IMG/VR virus record: IMGVR_UViG_3300009158_000042
Source of the DNA: an uncultured virus (IMG/VR IMGVR_UViG_3300009158_000042)
Lineage: Duplodnaviria; Heunggongvirae; Uroviricota; Caudoviricetes
Length of the DNA: 64,000 nucleotides
Direction: 5' to 3' (one strand)
Made by a program: the position numbers and the translations under genes. Of the stretch, positions 60,501-64,000 are shown piece after piece (the first letter of the stretch is position 1; each line of letters begins with the position of its first letter). The notes beneath the pieces were generated by a model, which had not been told where the DNA came from, ran no database searches, and saw nothing but the letters and a program-made list of their open reading frames with translations.

Positions 60501-61337
60501 AGCCTTGACTCGCTTCTTTATGATTTGATATTCGCCACGCAGTGCTCCATCGCCGTGCATAACTGCGTACTCTCGAATTGGGGTAACCCAGTCACCGGGG
60601 GTTATCTTCATGTCGTCTGGTGGAAGATTCTTTAGTCTCTCTATTTCGTCTCGAACACCCTGAGACCAATCGCTAGGTTCGATACTTCTGCTGGTTCCTT
60701 CTGGAAGTTTGCCACGCGCCATATATCTGGCGAGTTGTTTTTCTAGTTTTTCTATCTTTTTACTGTTTGAAAGAGGCACCGCACGATAAATAGTCACCTC
60801 GGCATTTGGCTTGCCTTTGTATTGCTTAATCAGGCTGGCGGCTATTGGGTCAAGCTGGTCATCCCCGACACCATAAAAACGTATTGCATCGGCAGAATAG
60901 ACGTCCTCTGGATAAACTCCACCATCTGCCAACATGTCATGTAGGGGAGCGCCTGCGCCTCTTTCTGGAGCTCCATGCTGGCCTCTGTAGTCCTCGTTAG
61001 CGCCCGAAGACATTCTTCTGGCTGTCTCAGTGCCTCTTGTGGGCGAATCTATGCCAATAAAACGTGGATTAGTTGAGCCTTCGTCTACCCAGCCGTCATT
61101 GTCGGGGTCAAAGTTGCTGAGGGTGGGTTTTCTGTAGCCACGAACTCCGCCCGTCGGTGCATCAATGTCCATCCCGCCACGGCGGCGTCTTCCTTCGCCA
61201 ATGCTTGGCCTATCCACTAGTCGGCTACCGACTAATCGGGCGAGTCTATTTCCAAGCGCTTTCTGCTCTACTGAGGCAGGGCGCGCTCTACGGGATTCCT
61301 CTATGGGAATAAGGAACTCATTATCATCGACAGACAT
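48585..61337 (-). CDS. Giant (4250 aa) polyvalent multi-domain protein: DEDDh exonuclease, ADP-ribosyltransferase-like, two DUF3626-like, GNAT-like and two HExxH metallopeptidase modules
   Basis: FLDYETTG...HHNADADA; AVYRG...LSSWS...EEDE; LSQFETG...RPIYG...EAQVH; RRRTGIAS; HEWGH; HELGH; modules separated by repeated xx[LM]SSG linkers. Confidence 0.85.
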   Translation of the reverse strand: MSVDDNEFLIPIEESRRARPASVEQKALGNRLARLVGSRLVDRPSIGEGRRRRGGMDIDAPTGGVRGYRKPTLSNFDPDNDGWVDEGSTNPRFIGIDSPTRGTETARRMSSGANEDYRGQHGAPERGAGAPLHDMLADGGVYPEDVYSADAIRFYGVGDDQLDPIAASLIKQYKGKPNAEVTIYRAVPLSNSKKIEKLEKQLARYMARGKLPEGTSRSIEPSDWSQGVRDEIERLKNLPPDDMKITPGDWVTPIREYAVMHGDGALRGEYQIIKKRVKAKDIYTAGDSWLEWGYDPEVTKKLSSGTEINNADISAAYTQEIFGKLRALKERLGYGTNFEEKVSKEKLDTRIKETAESAKRQIDYYFKKDTILPQEAIDYINEVVAEGKFFTSEMTGRDAEAAFFPIQARLRESGVWAKGDPIPPSVALEISRQIHIARGDTEMVAKIDEFKTYLKTATPEQLNADMRKASEAYGKSIDTRVLVRTRSIASFIKGNRTILTQHDKEEREAADIESMNLIGDAITTSARRKVEGNLLGLPFEEGVEDPPEVRELRPSSGYVTTSKTALAREEKFKKIYGDDIKLMYEGPAGAALEASQNRTQKYGDSHFVLRPEVAERTRVFDADTVDMSMKDNAPLQLSSLGEDGVFLSSFSPLGILYDYKTGDTYPTPSGAFEASSDNGISASYKEALVLGRFKPEEVQAIIATPKEFRKELGELSKDYNENNESNVSLLIDMAQSRDELMREYGIEVVPNIRGGVFKTDDVEMFNPAMTDVWFDKNFGDKGLSKEEIIPDKSTTPYEAWLRVLVKSEKLPVIFEYRGPSGKSEEDKDVWKRDVLKEELARVLSVKTSRAPEVDDSQAFNQLEEQMGDRLSSGKAPRYPREPTLGAFLGEADSYFGDSNSWEEFKKKYNDAEIVFLDYETTGLNFDEFGKATTNGKPTQIGLVRMKNGEEIGRLNLFMNPEEPLGEWSLANLKDADGNPITNEWLATQMPMAEAHRQVAEFIGPDAIIGVQNATFDKNVLDDALRESGIDWTPRGYLDTREISSLTLPVWSEDSPDGPHIVSSRDGTTKPSSSLAAITEYLGVELGDGHHNADADAFATSQVMQKIIDGAIENNWDTSVLSRKRRDEKLRLEREKFDADVKKFESDKESFVAAQKEEGSTRLSSGRESTRFTVARGGNHDDSFDQTLEFANPEQEKFKYWELYEKYKRYNRLEPAEDGFGQIDKEAQIRALNEAFGPDVDTWAKALEILNVRRKRFKEDEAYKEELKLEHIKRYGYLYSPVYKNGEKTKKAVIEVYDDELAYNSLDALIGKIGKGTEGQTKAVNKVKKVLEGLEESNKLKNRAFKLEHNPDGSGLSYVLMDFDAELSRQKSEEMARLREIYKAEGMSLLDAMYRAIDEIKKDERFSDEKIYSNRNEGESTRLSSGANVVEAFNEPTEVTQQEAADIGLTRESLTGKKVAERIIKKIEETTGKELTKQQKYSIEDAIPGLTKEIAGKTLLDVEVDNAFSETGKQLLESISIDISSDGIPFVSADPIPQLAEQIPDKRDWRTVELPKRDDVISILDEAMKDTVVFNGSVWKDSDGNIIARKIYKNDASTLEFENDEARERFPLLEMLAPKGFVIRSDSIGLPALTQDTLPEPYLEAWKKHSKFVRELTRRAGELMGDEELFLPGSRISHSTDTYLRGYIGGITDPHKFNMGLYGKALQDTHDLFGHLGTGRAFDRHGEWANDLAMMSLADHPDSPLTPQEKMVVKHLHYMMYSAERMLRVGRLDESDLNMNETMGYRNRPRTVFDIEGVSDSETRIYAGDFNSVIKKLDTASTSGRLSSGSKPIYEANEEDIELALAHDILGKSSRPSLASGQERPSIQIRPDSPQRPIIEIGRNERELLREHRAKDYKYGDKSVLGGEIRKTTNTWLRGLSSEQMAKVLVPSNREEHFQMWLDDYAGADVVDPATRLKFQKYYDDFHQKNPWDTPDFSPDNVKAMQELLAQSIEDNPQMKWAFENHGAPSFSFMDPEGIAAYEAIPEVREKFAAIAKQRNDGKPVRARGRMSPNMDTVYLNKEVFLEALDDSIPSVTKSTLRWNGQSPVKGQKSIENSLAGTLLHEWGHWLHFKAIADSEGGPKTTIHTRQRYGSKDKGNTNYARALAVASEFNKFTYDQDRITMFENDVPFSETPDVPRLLTSYGNVNMAETMAEGIVAVLHPDEKIQNEMISPSLKKAVTTLLGGNDTYQPWRDGDRAGRILSSGRSPGVRDERRGRLESALSEIEGLRRSRITETSIPQSRDTQWKKAQIAKFVPIPTTRKPYSPTKPADEKDVLQMFIDDAVSIPGTYDIDSSLAAPKIKREISKKIAESMDFTPQDFVKMFQTSMPGSGVGFADDENFRDVSLILNRTLEGVRDGSKFFYNPKKGSVASGIDFSVEQRVLKIWNESFIPKLESLTAGELFDKSSMWDMYEKTMDDYSIGSIGPTEMRRWSGDHITAIKTQLYYFDMWGNRETRQRREGNPENDYLGIYRLKDGTLISIDSYSLMNSPDDWEQILQKGYGIKKGTDYKDLSELMVAKIDKNTPDDAKDLEVLKELTIQNIKKVIPSPEELLKSRGLVEFDANTPEGQGVLKQALISGLVHTWAISANDSNDVALSMQNVARELFSVDGAVGWDRGNQYRMDRVVASPGPGQIMEDFDGAPVLSEMQRKFVGEFLQTSHEATQQYFEDRGITHLAVYRGITAGENAFGEPIAIGDMDIREVRMRPLSSWSINEATARSFSRRPGNDQSGYVIKAFVPIKDIFSTPFTGFGCLEEDETVILGRPMQAMVFRVDEATRYSADGESLATKLVDVDRDSMAKQIEAKKLSSGETDVLEKPTPYKADTRFNTSYEKEKLDEQSSYMRRFTQALEHYNKTGDWLGGDFDVVVASDKNMNAPTIHSSEAQAKNLLKADIVTRAEDAFTARHESWTRYPGSDKEPERDSFVKNWIKKFEDDINEKSRLLKEEVALLQYKHDSKKIRIEQNVLDLEDITPEEYDDLLKETREILELKQNDRDKYWELFGNGASDGEKFLIHQGSSELDGGVLNPKKTVGSDGFNVASADTKALNNINVADVKARNNQIEKQIEELKKFIESASTDGTIHAGNYNRNSLGLLSSNLSQEFRQNSPDQVIDLAARGWDVAHFISEAHKRIAGLENEQVDVKSVIKALEEADNQFLSALMTGEELAGGYFGRYAHRIIPKHIAENLSRDWDFENRGKDLKVHDSVMMQRWQYAMRGTQWIIGGEQHKHWTNKLGPGYEKQIIGMQRPFVGFSSVTLDEGRNRLYAITPALIVRAIKNYKQGNKKVDLSTLVKPRSISGTEVLQPDELNQELRMSSGKKKVVESVMNANYYGIVSARHIEHTSKDGNETSYWVVLDAGGTITAYDTGSVNDARQKLSESWTKLGFNPMTDKKGPVPIEEVNVLDALKRMEDSKNSIGLMTTIKWNEDDHSEILRTGVARTRRRTGIASEMMRLHRDTWPEQNLQHSDALSPDGRAFAASATPEVLDGQRESVGKNAGKKLSSGLTEHVSNEHAKALVAAYPRSLKEPTEDIAIARKEGRPVSWLLDETIDPKIGAVIGELIDGVLDDPRFKKAFDGEEINPFLLETSKGPWARIRERSPFSERIGPAIDKITGIVLSRDPQMMEWDAETIAKGLVLRAGIHITRAKYLENERKKIIMSADMRVRGTVEDLVSEYDKYAKELVGMGGDYFQPGPMDYNRVVVAVDKEAISGLIKNKKLLSQFETGRSNGHYNPQARQQAEVTLFGYPPDMAPEFRPIYGMAAYGGVTEEVAGSGQQYGNYLLVLKPGNEDRTTVTESDSLSLMGTTSAMNSPDINMMMLRNAGEKDTFDYPVEAQVHPGEGGISLDDIAYIIVRDDYTGENPDEGEKLQALSRRLGIPAVSEYDIDYGGTPGAFDEDYILNAGGEQAGDSSPESTRLSSGRSNRRLRKGRPGAKPRSDAEYVAYSANELSIRAVPSSPEELASILRSSPHTKNSNKSIRKINKLIEELEINWDKQKELQKKVELTLSNSPSLRNMLGRFDIPPMLLTDFGLKQGFIFESDLEPTNWYAGGGVYTPSYGFIAFPDKVLKDYIPGTNLTGEYVIRHELGHAIHAMAKKTNKAAFKRESEDLDGIYKELKAATSWAKDELKAGRSSSEIEDELSSMVNMLSEYDSSLAKQISDYAATNRAEYIAEAIAYATAPANEGLRRLKAEHYDMLSEFLGLTVEELKTMGL

Positions 61338-61386
61338 TCAAAGCAATAATAGCACTGCTTTCAGCGCTAAAACACAGATAAATAAG

Positions 61387-61710
61387 CTATGGGAGGCGTT
61401 GTCCACACTTCATGCAAGTCCTAGCCCACGGATAGTATTTAACGAACTCTACGGGGTGACTACATTCAAGAATATTCTTGGCTTCAGTGTTGAGGGTTTT
61501 TCTAATCCACGCAGAAACTGTCAACTGTTCTTTTAAGGATGCATCTTTCCACCGGTCACGTTCGTAGTCTGTCGTGCGTATAAGTATTTGCTTATCTGCC
61601 GGACCATCGTCGTTTTTTACAATCGGAGCCACAGACATGTCGATATTTTCAGCAACTTTATCCATTGCGGCCCTAATGTTTGAATTAGTTGGCTCTTCTA
61701 TGTCACTCAT
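61387..61710 (-). CDS. RHH-like protein with C-terminal Cys motif
   Basis: QILIRT...LTVSAWIRKTL; C..H...CMKC. Confidence 0.5.
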   Translation of the reverse strand: MSDIEEPTNSNIRAAMDKVAENIDMSVAPIVKNDDGPADKQILIRTTDYERDRWKDASLKEQLTVSAWIRKTLNTEAKNILECSHPVEFVKYYPWARTCMKCGQRLP

Positions 61711-62323
61711 TTTTTTCCTCTTCTATCACTTCAGCATCGATGATGTCAGAATCCTTGTCACCCATAAGCAAGCGAACGGTACTTTCTGGCAAAACACCAG
61801 AAATAGCCATAAGCTCCAAAAGCTTCTTGGATTCAGATTCCGAGTCTACTCCAGTTAGTGGCTTCGTAACGCCAGGTTGACCGGCAATGGTAGCCCTAAC
61901 GGTCTGTGAACCATTTACATCCATCTGGACGTTAATGTTCGTATGTTCCATTCCCAGCAGTTTTGTTCTGCGGTCCATGATTGACAAGACTTGCTGAATT
62001 GCCTTAAGGTCTGGCTCTACCTGTATTTCCGTGCCATCGTCTGTGACTACGCGCCTATGCTGGGTTAGTGGCCAAATAGCCTGCTGTAGGTTGTCTAGGC
62101 GCTCCAGCTCCATTCTCAAGACCTCGGGGTAGGCAAGTATTGCCTCTCTGTTCATCTTCTCAAGTTGACGCTGAATAGAGCGAGAGACAGATGACGTTGA
62201 AACGCCAAATCTTCTAGCTATCTCGTTTACGGATGTACCAGCTTGACGCATCTTAAATATGCGCATGTCTCGTTCGCTTAAAAACTCTTTGGTTGTTATC
62301 GGCTTTGCTTTGTCGTCACTCAT
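61703..62323 (-). CDS. HTH protein, possible terminase small subunit
   Basis: N-terminal SVNEIARRFGVSTSSVSR HTH; ELERLD...AI..VL.IMDRRTKLLG pattern. Confidence 0.5.
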   Translation of the reverse strand: MSDDKAKPITTKEFLSERDMRIFKMRQAGTSVNEIARRFGVSTSSVSRSIQRQLEKMNREAILAYPEVLRMELERLDNLQQAIWPLTQHRRVVTDDGTEIQVEPDLKAIQQVLSIMDRRTKLLGMEHTNINVQMDVNGSQTVRATIAGQPGVTKPLTGVDSESESKKLLELMAISGVLPESTVRLLMGDKDSDIIDAEVIEEEKNE

Positions 62324-64000
62324 TTAGATACGTGGTTCCACTCAATTACCTCAAACGGGAATCTTTTCCCACGTCTCATTTTAGTAGGCCAATGCCTCTC
62401 ATCGCGTGCACCTCTGAAGTGTTTCACATCGTACACATACTCACCTAGAGCCGTTGGGTCGGGAGTGAGGGAGATACCGAACTCTGGCCACCTCGACCAT
62501 ACCGCTGAACCAAATGGTCGCAATTCTCTTGACGTCATGCTTGAGCCCAGTGGGGCGTGATGCTCAATCCATAGAGCACAGCCATACACGACACGAATAG
62601 TGTCAAGATACTTGGCTACTTCTAGAGCTACTGATTCTGAAGTTCTGCCACCTGGGTCAAGGAACGCTTTATAAAGAGGTCCTATCAACAGTATTTGTGG
62701 CTTCACGTCTTCAATAGCCTGCTCCAGTACTGCTCTGTCTGAGGCTTTCATTAGGTCCATGCCGGACGGTTTTGTTAATACGTAGGCGTCAAACCTGTCG
62801 GTCCTTGAATACGCCATTGCGTCTTTGGCAATAGCACGAGAGGTTCGTCTAATAATCTTTTCTGGGTTTTCAAGGTCGACAGTTAATGTCCTAACCCTCG
62901 GCATTGGCTGCAACGAAAGGGGATGAATCCCGCACGAAGAAAGAATAGCAACCTGTCTAGCAAGCATTGTCTTGCCAACACCTTCGGCTGCTACGACGAT
63001 TACACGCTCTGACTTTTCTAGCAAACCAGGGATAACCCATTCGTAGGATTCGTCATCCGATTCACCCAGGAAGTCGTTCCACTGAACGAGTCTTCCAGTA
63101 TCTACCGCCCTAGTCATACTGGCAGTAGCAATAATTAAATTGCTTTTTGCAATCTTTTGAAGAGGGCTTATGTCTTTTCTGTCAAGCAAGTCTTGTAGTT
63201 TGGCTAGAGCCATTTCTTCAAGCGACTCTTGTTCTTCATCTTCTTCAACTAGTTGATTATTTGTGGATTCTTGAATCCCAACATTCTCTTGCTCTGTAAA
63301 TCTGTATTCCTCAATAGCAATGAGTTCATCAAGTTCTCCACCAGCACCAATGTGGTCGGATATGTCTTTTGCTTCTGGACACATCCAAATCTGTGCATCA
63401 CACCCAGCGTCAATTAATGTTTCAAATACTTTCTTAGCGTGAGCAATACCTACTTCATCATGGTCTGCAATTATTTCAATTACAGCACCAGACAAAGCCT
63501 CGGTATGAATGTCGAGCCACTTGCCCGCACCGCCAGGCATTGTTGTTGCTATCTCTCCAAGTGAGGCAAGCGTATTCGCGTCCTTTTCACCTTCTACCAA
63601 CCAAATGGGAATTCCCTCTTGTTTGGCTGCCAGAACTAAGGGAAGATTGTAGAGAACTTTCGGTATCTCACCGAGACTGTATTCCCACCCACCGTTTCCA
63701 TCCGGTTTGCGTTGGCGAAATGTTTTTTTTCCTTCTTCGTCTATGTAGCGAAGTTTCTGAAATAAAACGTTTCCGTCAGCATCAACATAGTTGTACGTAT
63801 CTACCAGCGTTGTTTTCAATGCTTGCTTTGGTGCCTGTGCTGGCTTGTTAATCTTTAAAGGTTTCTCAGTAAGAAAACTTTTAGCAGAAGAAAGAGTATC
63901 GTCTCCTGGCATTAAGTCAGACACATGTAGTCCAACAGACGCACATATTGCTTCTACGTCACAAGATTGACCACGATGGCAAGTGACCAGTACTCGTCCA
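62320..64000 (-). CDS. DNA primase-helicase (TOPRIM + RecA-like AAA_25), 5' end outside window
   Basis: Frame stays open to the window end (GRVLVTCHRGQSC); LVEGEKD and ADHD TOPRIM; AAEGVGKT Walker A; DLEN; EHH...GS. Confidence 0.85.
   Translation of the reverse strand, partial: GRVLVTCHRGQSCDVEAICASVGLHVSDLMPGDDTLSSAKSFLTEKPLKINKPAQAPKQALKTTLVDTYNYVDADGNVLFQKLRYIDEEGKKTFRQRKPDGNGGWEYSLGEIPKVLYNLPLVLAAKQEGIPIWLVEGEKDANTLASLGEIATTMPGGAGKWLDIHTEALSGAVIEIIADHDEVGIAHAKKVFETLIDAGCDAQIWMCPEAKDISDHIGAGGELDELIAIEEYRFTEQENVGIQESTNNQLVEEDEEQESLEEMALAKLQDLLDRKDISPLQKIAKSNLIIATASMTRAVDTGRLVQWNDFLGESDDESYEWVIPGLLEKSERVIVVAAEGVGKTMLARQVAILSSCGIHPLSLQPMPRVRTLTVDLENPEKIIRRTSRAIAKDAMAYSRTDRFDAYVLTKPSGMDLMKASDRAVLEQAIEDVKPQILLIGPLYKAFLDPGGRTSESVALEVAKYLDTIRVVYGCALWIEHHAPLGSSMTSRELRPFGSAVWSRWPEFGISLTPDPTALGEYVYDVKHFRGARDERHWPTKMRRGKRFPFEVIEWNHVSK

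Noticed and set aside
50010..61536. Many plus-strand ORFs opposite the giant gene, and similar overlapping ORFs elsewhere (e.g. 13158-13631, 13823-14386, 20613-21233)
   Set aside because: Antisense shadows of well-supported genes with no RBS or recognisable motifs
1..64000. Stop-codon reassignment
   Set aside because: Long genes are intact in the standard code, all three stops terminate genes, and no suppressor tRNA is present
1..64000. Diversity-generating retroelement, retron or group II intron
   Set aside because: No reverse transcriptase motifs and no adenine-variant repeat pair noticed

Overview
The window is a 64-kb stretch of a large, probably lytic dsDNA phage. WhiB, an Rpf-type transglycosylase and an actinobacterial-style SSB point to an actinobacterial host. 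No integrase, Cas or structural module is visible. 1-11 kb holds auxiliary and regulatory genes: MetAP C-terminus, metallophosphoesterase, proteasome-beta/HslV-like peptidase, WhiB, RHH/HTH proteins and replication-loader-like genes. 11.4-34 kb is a bidirectional array of about 20 short transcription modules diverging from ~26.4 kb. The modules are built from recurring parts: (i) a promoter NNGTAG-17 bp-TANNNT with a conserved spacer (21 copies); (ii) an asymmetric 11-12-mer AATAGATAAGT(C) (~65 copies, also inside coding sequence); (iii) a spaced inverted repeat AGCCCCG-N16/17/27-CGGGGCT with phased outer arms (16 copies). Most of this array is also conspicuously poor in several 4-bp palindromes. 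Hairpin loci whose loops are complementary to the ribosome-binding leaders of array genes lie at 7.9, 12.1, 21.5 and 35.5 kb. 35-48 kb encodes an SNF2/HARP-like helicase, DUF932, an Rpf/SLT hydrolase, two adjacent AUA-decoding tRNA-Ile genes (CAU and UAU), thioredoxin and SSB. 48.6-61.3 kb is one 4250-aa polyvalent protein whose domains are separated by 12 copies of a [RK]-[LM]-S-S-G-like linker, which suggests a processed polyprotein. The window ends inside a primase-helicase gene. All counts were made by eye and all domain calls come from motif recognition, not database searches.
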